Part shown: one piece after another, positions 12,864-24,760 of the stretch
Layout of the letters: each line of letters begins with the position of its first letter
Position numbering within the stretch: position 1 is the first letter of the stretch
Assembly: GCF_009914755.1 (NCBI RefSeq)
Contig: NC_060937.1
Length of the DNA: 64,000 bases
From: the human T2T-CHM13v2.0 reference genome, Homo sapiens
Strand: one strand, 5' to 3'
Translations under genes and position numbers: made by a program
Notes under the pieces: model-generated
The model's database searches: none
What the model was told of the DNA's origin: nothing
What the model saw: only the letters and a program-made list of their open reading frames with translations

Positions 12864-12992
12864 TTGTTGTTGTTGTTTAAGAGATGGGGTCTTGCCACAT
12901 TGCCCAGGCTGGTCTCGAACTCCTGGGCTCTGGGAATCCTCCTGACTCAGCCTCCCAAAGTGTTGGGATTACAGGTGGGAACCACTGTGCCT
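12864..12992 (-). mobile_element. FLAM/Alu left monomer
   Basis: GAGATGGGGTCTTGCCACATTGCCCAGGCTGGTCTCGAACTCCTGGGCTC...GGGATTACAGG, a single monomer with a (TTG)n tail. Confidence 0.88.
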
Positions 12993-13864
12993 TGTTACAT
13001 GTCCCATGATAGCTACAGACAGCAGTTATTATTTTCTAATTATTCTCTATAATATGATAATATAGATAATAGCTATTATATTTATAATACATATTATCTA
13101 TTACATAGATAATAATCAGAAAATATCAATAATGAGACAGGATTGTCTCCTGCACCCCTAGAGGCACCTGGGCCTTGTCATACGGGGAACTACTCTATCC
13201 CACTTGCTGGTCTTGGCTTCTCCTTCTGGGTCCTCTGACACCTTTGTTCCTTCCTGAGCACCTGACCTTTAGGCTCATGGTGACCTGCAAGGGGGTGTTT
13301 TAAACTGGGCTGTGCACGCGAGTCACCTGGTGTCTTCACAAGGCAGGTTCGGGTCGGAGGGCTGAGGTGGGGACCCGGGAGTATACTGGGCTGCAGTCCA
13401 CATCCTCCCTAGGCAGGGCGGCTGAGTCCTGCTGCTGGAGGCCCACAGGTGTGCAAGGCAGCGCCGCTGGCCTGTCCTTGCCAAGCCTGCCAGGTGCTCA
13501 GTCCTGTTCTTGCCCTGGGTTTGCTCTTCTGTGTCTGCTGCAACGGCAGCCCCAGTTCGAGTCCAAGTGCCTGCCCACCCCTTATCTCTTGCGCTGGCAT
13601 GAGCCCTGCTGCCGGCGCGTCCTGAAAATCGAGGCCCCCGGAGCCACCTCCTCTCCACTCAGAGCATCCTTTTCCTTGGGACAGTCTTCCCTCCCAACTG
13701 GGGAAGGGAACTCCGGCTCACCCTGGAGTCCTCAGCTCTCCCACTTCACAGGGTGTCCAGGGACAAAGCCCATGCACCACCCGGGTCTCGGCTGCAGCTG
13801 GCTGCTGAATGGGGGGAGTTTTAGCCGTGGCAACGAGCTGTGTATGTTTTACTTGCTCCGCGTG

Positions 13865-14190
13865 GTCAGCAGAGCCCTGACCCTGACATGTCCATGCCCT
13901 GATTCCCAGAACCTACGGCCGTATCACCTGCCATGGCACAGAAACGTTGCAGGTATGATTAAGAGCCCACGCTGTGAGGCGGGAGATAATCCGGGATGGT
14001 GTGTGGGGGGGGTCTTAACAGCGCAGACCCTTCGCCGGCTTTGGTCAGAAAGATGTGAAATGGAAGAAAAGAGTCTGCAAGGCGCAGCGTCACTGGCTTT
14101 GAAGATGGAGGAGGAAACCAGAGGTCAAGAAGCAGGCGCCTCCCTCCCTCCCGCTGGGACCCTCCCACTCTCCTACCAGCCGTGGGAGGC
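13865..14190 (+). mobile_element. MLT1 (ERVL-MaLR) LTR fragment, MLT1D/E-like
   Basis: ATGTCCATGCCCTGATTCCCAGAACCT...TTGCAGGTATGATTAAG...GGGAGATAATCC...CTGGCTTTGAAGATGGAGGA. Confidence 0.65.
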
Positions 14191-14680
14191 ATAGAAAGCC
14201 AAGAGCAGTCCGTGGCTGGGGATTTGGCCTAAGATGCCCCAGTGGGGAAGCTTCACCGACTCCTGCCCCTCAGGACCCTGTGTGTGCATAGGATGACGCT
14301 GGGCCCCGTGTGGCGCACACAGACCTGCTCCCCAGAGCCAGGCACCAGCACAGGTGCAGCACGCGGGCGCTTCGTGTGAACCACAGTCTAGAAACGACCA
14401 AGATGGGCACGAGGAGGGGCGTGCATGGGATTAGAGGATGGGAGGGCTCCAGAGAGGAGTGGCGAGGAGACTCAGTGGAGGATCTTCACACTCCCAGAAA
14501 TACAGCCACTCCTCTCTGGAGCCCTCCCCTCCTCTAATTCCATGCATGCCTCTCCTCCCGAGGCAGGACTGTTTGCCCTTCCTTGTGCCCGTCTTGGTCA
14601 CCTCTGGATCATTCCCTGAGTCTGGGGAGCATGTCTGTATGTGTCACATGGGGCTGGGTGCCGTCCTGTGTAGATGCAGT

Positions 14681-14985
14681 GTCCTGAGGTGAGGATCTGA
14701 AGGTGGAAAGGACCTGGTGTGAGAGTCTGAGGGAGGAGGGTCCTGGCATGAGGGTCTGAGGGAGGAGGGTCCCGGTGTGAGAGTCTGAGGGAGGAGGGTC
14801 CTGGTATGAGAGTCTGAGGGAGGAGGGTCCTGGTGTGAGGGTCTGAGGGTGGAGGGTCCTGGTGTGAGGGTCTGAGGGTGGAGGGTCCTGGTGTGAGGGT
14901 CTGAGGGTGGAGGGTCCTGGTGAGAGGGTCTGAGGGTGGAGGGTCCTGGCGTGAGGGTCTTAGAGTGGGGAGGGCTAGCATGAGG
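14681..14985. repeat. Minisatellite, 29-bp unit TCTGAGGG(T/A)GGAGGGTCCTGGTGTGAGGG, about 10 copies
   Basis: Tandem copies read directly; G-rich on the + strand. Confidence 0.95.
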
Positions 14986-16056
14986 TAATAGGAGAAGGAG
15001 CAGTCATGCGAAACTTCCCAGCCTGAGGGACTCCTTTGCTTTCGGGAAACTGGACTGTGGACCTCCCCGCCACAGCTGACAGCCCTCCTCTCCCCGGGCA
15101 CTGGGCTGGGATCCTGCGGGACCCTCTGGGTGCTGCTGTGCTGGACTCACCCTCCACGCTGGGAAGACAGACCTGCTGCTGGCCCGGCTGTCCCTCGAAA
15201 GCGTCTCCCATGTGGCCATTGTCCTACGTGCAGCGGGAGCCCTGGATTCAGTCCCTGCTCTGATGTGGGGAGTGAGGTTTGGTTCTGCACCCCTGCACAG
15301 CTTGGCCCATAAGCCATTCCGTGATCAACAACTTAGCAACGGTATGGGCCCCAGGCCGGCCAGCCTCCACACCTGCTCTTTTCACGCGGATGCCCACTTC
15401 TGCGTGAGTTTGGAGAGGAAGTTGTTCACGGTGAGTGGAAGAATGTAAAAATGCCTCCTAAACCTGGGACTAGAGAACTGCTTGCCTCCACTAAGGGATG
15501 CTGTGAAGAGCCTCCCGGACTCAAGTATGCAGTTCAATTTCTAGTGTTAACAGCCCAGGCGGAACTCACAAAGGCAGGAAATGGCAGTTTTCAGACATTT
15601 CTTACTGAAAGAAAGGATATTTTCCCATCTCTGTCATTTTCTCCTGCTTAAGAGAAGCATCTCTATTTTTCCACACACATGTAAACAGGTATAATATAAT
15701 GCCGTTGTTTCTAGGGATAACTTTTAACAGGAAGTCAATATTTTGTTTTCTCTGTTTTTCTGCTTTTCTTGAAGGAAATGTATAGATTATATTTTGGAAC
15801 AACAAAACCACAAAATCCGGCACTTTCAGTGATGCTCATATTCAGTAGCTGTTTACAACTGGTACAATCATTCTTTTGTGCCACTATTTAAGACTATTGA
15901 TTTGAATTACTTTTAAAAGATTGTATATGTTTTTTCCAATTGCCACATTCTACCAGGTGTGTCTCCTAATAACATTTAAAAACAGATCTCATGGGTTTTA
16001 AGTGACTTTCCATTATTAAAAGTTTAGTCCAGCATAGTCCAGTTGAACACTTGGGA

Positions 16057-16401
16057 TTTTTTCTTAAGTATCAGGGGTACATGTGCAGGCTTGGGTATAT
16101 TGTGTGAGATTGAGGTTTGGGGTATGACTGATCCCGTCACCGAGGTGTGAACATAGTCCCCAACAGTTCATATTTCAGCCCTTGCCGCCTCCTTCCCTCC
16201 CTCCCCTGTCTAGTAGTCCCCAGTTTCTGCTGGTGCCATCTTTGTGTCCGTGAGTGCCCAGTGTTCAGCTGGCACTGCAGTGACACCATGAGGTCTTTGG
16301 TTTTCTCTTCCTGTGTGAGTCGGTATAGGATCACGGCCGCCTCCAGCTGCACCCGTGTTGCTGCAAAGGACCTGGTTTCGTTCCTTCTCACGGCTGCATA
16401 G
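16057..16401 (-). mobile_element. L1 3' end fragment (L1PB/old L1PA)
   Basis: T-run then CAGGGGTACATGTGCAGG...TGAGGTTTGGGGTATGACTGATCCCGTCACC...CTCCAGCTGCACCCGTGTTGCTGCAAAGGAC. The minus-strand ORF RRNETRSFAATRVQLEAA resembles the ORF2 C-terminus. Confidence 0.85.
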
Positions 16402-17283
16402 GATCTGTGTGGACACTTCAGTCTTCTCTCCCACTTGCTGGCCCCTCCCCGGGTCTAGTGCAGCTGAGCTCTGTGAGTTGGGAGAAAAAGCAGCTCCAGC
16501 TTCTTTCCTGGGGAGCAACAGGAATGAGGCAAAAAAGGCAAAGGCTTTTGTGCTTTCATTTCGCTGGCGTCTGGCCTCAGTCTGCTGTTGGAGATGAGCC
16601 GAGCTTCCCGGTTAACCGTGGCTGGCTGTGGGGCATGGGGCGAGGCATCCTGTGGACCTTAGTCCCTCTTACCCGGGGGAAAGCACCCAGGCAGCTCAGG
16701 CCTCGTGTCCTCCACCCGTTCGCTGGACTCGCCAGCCACTCCTGCGACCTTGCTGTGACAAGGAGAGGGAGGCGGGTGCCTCCGCCCTGCCCTCTGTGCC
16801 TGGCCATGGCCTCTTTTTCCCAGTGAGGAAGGTCTCTTGGGGCTCCTCATTTGGCCATGGAGGACGAGGAGTGGGTGGTGGGCACTGTCACCCTGCCTGT
16901 GGAGGGGACACCCCAGCATGCCAGGCTGAGACCAACAGCTCTGCCAGCTCACACTCAGCAGCCTGTTGTGCTGATGCAAACCACATGGAATAACAGCAGA
17001 AAGGGAGGGCTGCGGTCTCCAACACCTGGGGGTGACCCTCAGCGTTCCCTCCCTGCTGGGGTCTTGGCTTAGTGACTTACCCTCTCCCATCCCTGACTAC
17101 TCCTGTGTGCGCTGAGGATTCCAACACTGCCAGAATCGTGAGGTTGTCACACATATAACATGCAGGGCCCGCACAGTTGTCATTCACACATAAAACCCCT
17201 CATGGTTCTCTGTCCAGGACTGCATGAGGAGGCCTACTGGGCCTGCCCACAGCCCTGCTTACCACCCACGTGGGCCTTTGCCA

Positions 17284-18150
17284 GCTTCCTCACCTGGCCC
17301 CACCCCCCGGCTCCCTCACCTGCCCCCCCGGCTCCCTCACCAGCCCCCCCGGCTCCCTCACCTGCCCCCCCCGCTCCCTCACCTGCCCCCCCGGCTCCCT
17401 CACCTGCCCCCCCGGCTCCCTCACCTGCCCCCCCGGCTCCCTCACCTGCCCCCCCGGCTTCCTCACCTGGCCCCCCCGGCTCCCTCACCTGGCCCCCCCG
17501 GCTCCCTCACCTGCCCCCCCCGCTCCCTCACCTGCCCCCCCGGCTTCCTCACCAGCCCCCCCGGCTTCCTCACCTGGCCCCCCCGGCTCCCTCACCTGCC
17601 CCCCCCCGGCTCCCTCACCAGCCCCCCCGGCTTCCTCACCTGGCCCTCCCGGCTCCCTCACCTGCCCCCCCCCGGCTCCCTCACCAGCCCCCCCGGCTTC
17701 CTCACCTGGCCCCCCCGGCTCCCTCACCTGGCCCCCCCGGCTCCCTCACCTGCCCCCCCCGCTCCCTCACCTGCCCCCCCGGCTTCCTCACCAGCCCCCC
17801 CGGCTTCCTCACCTGGCCCCCCCGGCTCCCTCACCTGCCCCCCCCCGGCTCCCTCACCAGCCCCCCCGGCTCCCTCACCTGCCCCCCCCCGGCTCCCTCA
17901 CCTGCCCCCCCGGCTCCCTCACCTGCCCCCCCGGCTCCCTCACCTGCCCCCCCGGCTCCCTCACCTGCCCCCCCGGCTCCCTCACCTGCCCCCCCGGCTC
18001 CCTCACCTGCCCCCCCCGGCTCCCTCACCTGCCCCCCCGGCTCCCTCACCTGCCCCCCCGGCTCCCTCACCTGCCCCCCCGGCTCCCTCACCTTCCCCCT
18101 CCAGCTCCCTCACCTGCCCCCCCAGCATCCTCACCTGGGCCCCCCGGCTT
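17284..18150. repeat. C-rich minisatellite, about 21-bp unit GGCTCCCTCACCTGCCCCCCC, about 40 copies
   Basis: Tandem copies with variable C-run length and CCTG/CCAG/CCTGG variants. It accounts for the long Pro-rich ORFs in the track. Confidence 0.97.
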
Positions 18151-18296
18151 CCTGCTCCCTGTGGTACTGGACGCGGGGTGAGACGCAGACTTGCTAGGGC
18201 CATCTCGACCAGGGTGGCCTCAAGCGGATGACCCCAGTGACTTGGGAGTGTGGTGATGGATTTGGAGGCTGAGGTAATGATACACGAATGTGTCAA

Positions 18297-18618
18297 CAGT
18301 CACACGTGGCTTAATGACAGGGATGCGTTCTGAGAAATGCGCGGTCAGGTGATTTTGTTGTTGTGTGACCTTCGCAGGGTGCACTTACAAACCTAGGCCG
18401 TGTGGTGGAGCCTGTTGCTCCTGGGCTACACACCTGTGCAGCACGTGGCTGCACTGAGCATGGCAGGCAGCTGTAACACGTGGGCAGTGTTGGTGTATCT
18501 CCACATTGAAAAGGTACAGTGAAAAAGTACAGCATCACCATCAATGAGACACCGTTGTCCCGTCCGTGGTAATACCATACTTTTTCACGACACATTTTCC
18601 CTTTGTGCTGAGTGACTG
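18297..18618 (+). mobile_element. Tigger3a/MER7-like DNA transposon
   Basis: CAGTCACACGTGGCTTAATGACAGGGATGCGTTCTGAGAAATGCG...CCTGTTGCTCCTGGGCTACA...AAAAGGTACAGTGAAAA...TGACTG. Confidence 0.8.
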
Positions 18619-21600
18619 TGTGTGCATAGGGTCCCCAGGTGACACTCATATTCAGTTTCTGCTTACAGCTGGCAGACTCCTTCTTTTGTGACACTATATA
18701 AGACTATTAATTTGAATTACTTTTAAAAGATTTTATATGTTTTATCCAGTTACCACCTTCAACCATAATGTCAGGTATGTCTCATAGTTAATAAGATTTA
18801 AAAACAAATCCAATGGATTTTAAGTTTCTTTATTAAAAGTTTAGTCCAGTGTAGGGCAGTTGAACAACTGAGGTTTTTTAAGTATCAGAAGCACATGGTG
18901 TCACTGTGAGGACCCACATCTGCCTGCAAAGCCGTTTGGAGAACAGGCCCCAGGGCCACTACCTGCTGGAAGTCCCCGGGGTCCCTGACGGGGTCATGGT
19001 CTTGGGTCCCTGCCAGGCCTTTCTGTCCCTCTGCAGCACGGAGGTTCTGGGTCTGGGCATCGTGGTCCTTAGACCCCCGGCAGCCTCTGGACTCACCTTC
19101 TGGCTTCTCCTCCTGCATCTGGTGAAGCAGTGGCTGCTGACTCCAGGTGGGAATGGGGAGGAGGGGCAGGAGGCTGAGGTGGCAAGGGTGGTGCTTTCCT
19201 GGAGCTTGGTATGGGGACAGCATCCTGTGCTCCCTGAGGCGTCTTGCAGGGCCATTGGATCGTGGCCCTGTTCCTTCCTGTGGCAGCCCGGGACACAGGC
19301 TGCTCTGTGAGCTCCCCCTCGCTTCCAGGAGTTGGTGGTCGACACGCTCCGGTCAGTCTGCTTAGAACAGTTTCTTGCATTGAATCGGCTGGGGCTCTTT
19401 GAAAAGCTCCTCCCACAGCTGTTCTGTGGCAGCTATGATGGGGTGCATGTGGCTGCACTGGCCTCTCTGCAAAATGGAGGAGCAGCCATGGCCCAGACGA
19501 GGGCCTCCTCTGGAGCCGTTCCTGGGGTGGGAACAGCCAGATAAGGAGAGTAGTGGCTTAAAGAAGTGGGGTGAAGCCCGCTCCAGAGGCCTTGCATGAA
19601 ATACCATATGTAATTAGGGAGATCAGAGGAGATATGACACTGTAAATGAAGATTTGGAGGAGTCTGAATAAAAACTTTTCCAAAGCGGTTTAATGAAGAT
19701 GGACTTGGTGCGTTGCAGCCTCGGCGTGGCATCCAGCACGCCTCTGCGTGTCACCCATGTGCATCAGCCGCACAGTCAACCGCGTGTTGCCCCTCACCCT
19801 GCCCAGCTCAGAGCTGGCGGCGTGTCCACTGTGAGCAAATGATGACCTCTCGTGTTTCACTTAGACGAGTACTGAACGTTTCAGGATGGAGGAACGTCTG
19901 CCGGCCAGTTTCCCACCCGTGTCTCCTGGCTTCTGTCCAGAGCTAGGGGCATTTTACTCCAGGGCCAGGGTCTCCTTTGCTCTCCTTCAGTGACTGCAGG
20001 GTTTTGACGGTTCATTACATGGAATCCATTTGTAGCCCTGGCAGATGCAGAGAGAGTAGGTCTGAGGAGGCCCAGCATTGACCTTTCTAATGAATGGCCC
20101 AGGTGGCTCACGTGCATACCCCACTTCGAGAGCTCCCCTCTGAATTCTGACAGCAAGAGGCTCTGGCCTTAGCCAAGCAACCTTGCAACTTCTAGTCTGG
20201 TCAAGGTTTGCTCATAAATTCCCAGCCTCCCATCACCAAAAGGAAGTCAGGGTCAGTAGGGGACCAGGAGAACAAGACACGGCGTATGTGGGATTTGTTC
20301 CCAAGCCACCTACGTGGATGAGCACCACCCAGAGCCAAGAGGGCTGACAGCCACCCCCAGTCACAGCCGTGGCGAGATGTTACCATGCAGTGCATGAGGT
20401 TCCCCACCCAAATGCACATTCCTGTTGCTTTTTTCTTAAACTCATGCAGGATTGGCATTCAGATGGTAATGTGCAAATGAGGAAACTGAGGCTCAGATTC
20501 ACCCAGAGGGTGGAGGGGTGTGTCCCACTCACACACAGGTCTTCTTCAGCTTCAGACCCTGCCCAGCTTGGCCTTCCCCGTCCACCTCTGTGCCTGCAGG
20601 TCCACTTCTGAGCTTACTGAATGGTGTCCAGGACGCCGGGAGCAGCTCGCACTGTCCTCCTGAACGCAGTAAAGTGGAGGTTACAAGGCACTGGAGGTAG
20701 CTCCGCTTTTAGAGGGGCTTAGATCTCGGGGGGTGGGGGCGGGCAAGATACTCACTAGCAGGAGCTAGCTCCTCCCTGCTTTCTTTTCTTCACCAGGCAA
20801 GTGAGCGGTTCTGGCAACAGATCAGGGCGTGTCAAAGAGGGGAGGTGTGTGGGGGTCTCGGCAGGGGTGGGCCCTTACAGTCACACCTGGGGGAAGCTGG
20901 TGAGGAGTGTGTACTGACCCCAGCCAGGTATGCAGAATGAAACCTTCCCAATGCATCATTGTTGAGGACCACGGTGAATTAGACCCCGTGCTGGGGCTGG
21001 GCATAGATGGGACAGGACAGAACCGGCCACAGAGCGCCCGCGGTGGGGATTGGAGCAGGCTAGGCCCCTGCGTGCCCTGTGGGGTGGCTTGGCAGACACA
21101 TCTCTGGCAGGATCTCAGCCCCTCCCTCCCCCTTGGTGGATACTCTGGTACCTTGAACAACCTGTACAGTCATGCCCAGCGCTTCTGAGTGGTGGGTGAC
21201 AGGGCCAAAGAGACACATGCCTGTTCCCAGGTAGGTAATCTCCTGGGTGTTTGTAGGGAGGGGCAGATACGGGGCAGTTGCTAAAAGACAAATCCTCCTC
21301 ATAAACTTGCTTGGGGCTCTGGAGATCTGGGCATCTAGGAAGAGTCCCAGAAAGATGTCCTTCGAAGGGATGGTCAGGGAGGAAACTGGAGGAGGAGAAA
21401 GACCCAGGTCAGCAGAAAGCCGGACAGGAATGTCCCGGGTGGGAAGGTTACAGCTCCCGGAGTTGGAGGGAGTGAGAGGGGGCTACCGTGAAAAACTGAC
21501 ACTGGAATTTCCTGAAGCGGCGAATGTGCTTAGTTCTGTCTGATGTGGTACCCGGTAGAAAGAATTATTAGGAGGAACTGGGGACAACAAGCAGAGGCCT

Positions 21601-21994
21601 TCCGAAATGCCTGTGGCTTTAATGGCCTTCCATGTGGGACAAGGGAGGGGACAGAGCCGTGGTCGGCACTGGGAACTGGGAGGAGGCATTGGAGGTTTTC
21701 ACTGAGCAAATATCAGTGAGCACCTACCCCATGCTTGAGGCTGGACCCAGGTGGGAAGAGCATAGTTGAGCTGAGGAGGATGGCTTAGGCCAGAAATGGC
21801 TGATCTCTGGCTCAGGGGCATCGGCACCGAGTTGTTAGTGTGTTGGATGCAACATACCCAGGATGCGGTGTTCGTGGGCCTCAGTGTGGCCAGTGGGGTA
21901 GGATGGACAGAGCCTTTTGGATTATAGTCTAGAAGATGTGCATCTCAGAGTAATTAAGTGAACAGATCTGTGCTTTAAGAATACAGTGTCATCT

Positions 21995-22330
21995 TTTATC
22001 CTGGTGAGCTATTCCCGCGATCATGCTACAGAACAAACCACAGCAAATCCAGTGGTGTACATGGCATCCCCTTGCTCTCACGGATCTGCAGCTTGGCTGT
22101 GGCCTGGCTGCTGTGTGTTGGGCCTGGCTGAGCAACTCTGCCTCTCAGAGTGGATCTGTGGTTGCCTGGGCCACATCTCCCATCCTCCCTGGCCCACTGG
22201 CTCTTCTTGAGGCTGGGTAGAGGCACAAGATCCTCCTGTTGGCAGGAGAGGCTTCCTGAGACCTGGAGCCAACACATTCTCCTTCACCTCCTTCTGTAGC
22301 TGAAGCAGGGAGCACTCCGAGCATAACATC
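21995..22330 (-). mobile_element. Old MLT1 (J/K-like) LTR fragment
   Basis: GCTATTCCCGCGATCATGCTACAGAACAAACCAC...CAGTGG...CTCACGGATCTGCAG resembles an antisense MLT1 end; highly diverged. Confidence 0.4.
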
Positions 22331-23927
22331 ACAGGAAGGACCCAGTGGCCTTTGCTCGCAGTGAGGCCATGGAAAGATGTAGATACAGGTGTAGAATTGG
22401 GGTCGATACTTAGTTCACGACTCCTTTACCTAGAGATCACTTAGCCAACAACCTGTACCATCTAGAACACCATCCCAGAGCAAAATAAGCAAAAACGTTC
22501 ATTTAAATTAAGGTGACAAAATCCTAAAATGTGTTTACTTTGTACCTGGGGAGCCCTCCAAGTTTCATGTATGCTACTTTCCTCTCCCTCATGCATAACA
22601 GAGGAGGCCACTTATCTGATTTCTCAGCCCTCTTGAGGTTGGACATCTCTCATTAGAGAAGGCGGGAGAGCACTTTGAGAGGCAGGCATGTTGCTAGCAG
22701 CAAGCTGTCAGCACAGACAGGCTCAGGGCAAATGAGAAAACAGAAAAGCTGGGATGGCAAAATAAAGAAAACCAGGTACTGTTCAAAGGCATTTTCCCTT
22801 TGATCTCCTTGGCTTTGGGAGCCTGGGGATGGAAATTGAGAAAAGCTCAGTGACTTGCCTGAGTGCACATCTAGCCAATAGGAGGCAGAGCCTGAGCTTA
22901 AATTAAGATTTTCTTGTAAAAAGTGGGTCATAAGAAGTGTCTTAAAAGCACTTAGAGAATGATGATGAGAAATATTACAGAAGGTAGTGTCAGCCCTGTC
23001 CGTGGCATGGTTTAGGTGCTGTCCGGCTGCTGCACCATGCGCAAACGACTGCTGTGTGTTATGCCTGGCTCTGCCATTCTAAAGGATTTGTCTATTTAGT
23101 GTAAAATGTGATCCTTTTGGAAACATAAATGCCCCTTGGAAAAATCAACAGGTGGCATATGTATAGGTGAAAATGTAGTTTAATGTTGTCTACATAGGGT
23201 AGATATGTTATCTATGTAGGGTATTGCCATGGGTGGTTAAGACTAGGCTGTATTTGCTCAAATGAAGAAAGTCAGCAGGCTTCATGCACAGGAGAAGAGA
23301 TGTATCTGTGTGTGGGAATCCAGTTGGGGAGATGCCCTACACATGAGTAAGAATAGATATTATTTTACAGACACATTGTGCAATGATGTAAAAAGTCAGT
23401 CTTATAAGAAACTATTAGAATGCCAGCACATCCTAGAGGGTCTTTGGTGGGGCTGGCTGCAGGGAGGACAGAATATGGCATGAACACCCCAGTTGTCTGG
23501 TGGGCAGGCCAGTGCCTTGAAGCCTGGACTGGACATGGCTCCCCCTCATCCTGGACCCAAGGCATCCTGCTGTCTTCACCTCCTGAGCATCCTTCTCCCC
23601 TCCCAGGATCATTGCCTGATCCACAGAAGCAGCATCTCTCCCCACAACTTCCTAAGTTACTTTGGGGCTGTTGTCAGCTTTGCTAACCATACATCTCAGT
23701 GTGGGGCATAGGCCTGCAGATACAGGTCCTCAAGAAATCCTTGCAGCAGTGAATTTGAGAAGCCACCGTCAGCACCACAAGAACTGCCAACGCATTTCCT
23801 ACCTTCCAGATGTTATCACCCTTCCGTCTTCTCTTCCCAGGTCCCTTCCCAGGCCTTCCAGGCCTAGCATGTCCTGCCTCCTCCCCTAGCTTCATCTGTG
23901 GCTACTTCGCCTTCACTCTTCAGCTAT

Positions 23928-24393
23928 TGTAGGACCATTTAGGGGACTGTGTCCCCTAAAAAGATATGTTGAAGTCCTAAGCCCTAGAACCTATGTATGT
24001 GACTTTATTTGGAAATAAGATCTTCATAGAAGTAGTCAAGTTAAAATGAGATCATACTGGATTAGGGTGGACTTATATACAGCGTCTGGGGTCCACACAT
24101 CAGGAGGGAAGTTTGGGCACAGAGACACACAGAGAAGATGCCATGTGACGACGAAGTAGAGGTTGGAGCGATGCATCCAAGTGATACAGGCTGAGGAGCA
24201 CCAAGCACTGCATCACCAGATGCTGGGAGAGAAGCCAGGGAGAATCTTCCCCTAGAGCCCTCAGAAGGACCCAAGGCTGCCAAGGCCTTGATCTCAGATT
24301 CTCAGCCTCCAGAAATATAAGAGAATCCATCTCTGTGGTTTTGAGCTGCCCAGCTGGTGATACTTTGTCACAACAGCCACAGAAAACTAACAC
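23928..24393 (+). mobile_element. MLT1C-like solo LTR
   Basis: GTGTCCCCTAAAAAGATATGTTGAAGTCCTAA...TTATTTGGAAATAAG...AGAGACACACAGAGAAGATGCCATGTGA...CAGCCACAGAAAACTAACA. Confidence 0.85.
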
Positions 24394-24589
24394 TGCAGCC
24401 TTCATGGGGGTCCTTTCCACTTATTGAGTGTTCCCTCTCACTCCTTTATCCAGCCATGCCATCCTCCCAGCCCCTCTCAGCTCTGGCCTCTATCTCTGAG
24501 AACACTTCTCAGACTTCCCTGGAAAAGGCCTGGCCAAGCCATCACTTTGTTTTCATTTTGCCCCGTTCCTTTCCTTCAGTGCACACACC

Positions 24590-24760
24590 ACAGGTGTCAT
24601 TCTGCACTTACTGATTCAAATTTGATTATTTTATGGCCCTCCCCCTGGAGAGAAAATTCCAGGAATATAAGGATGCTGTCTACTTTGCTCACTGTTGTGT
24701 CCCAGTATTTCCCACAGAGCCTGGAACTAGGGAGTAGCTCAGTAAATGTTTGCTGGATGA
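24590..24760 (+). mobile_element. L2 3' end fragment
   Basis: TTGCTCACTGTTGTGTCCCAG...ACAGAGCCTGG...AGTAGCTCAGTAAATGTTTGCTGGATGAATG. Confidence 0.7.

Noticed and set aside
13367-14194. 275-aa ORF
   Set aside because: Non-ATG start, no recognisable domain, runs through an MLT1 LTR, and such lengths are expected in GC-rich DNA.
17160-18231. 303-345 aa proline-rich ORFs
   Set aside because: Translations of the 21-bp VNTR, open only because the unit lacks stop codons.
18885-19610. Cluster of overlapping ORFs suggesting a processed pseudogene
   Set aside because: No recognisable protein in any frame, and no poly(A) tail or TSD. A BLASTX search would settle it.
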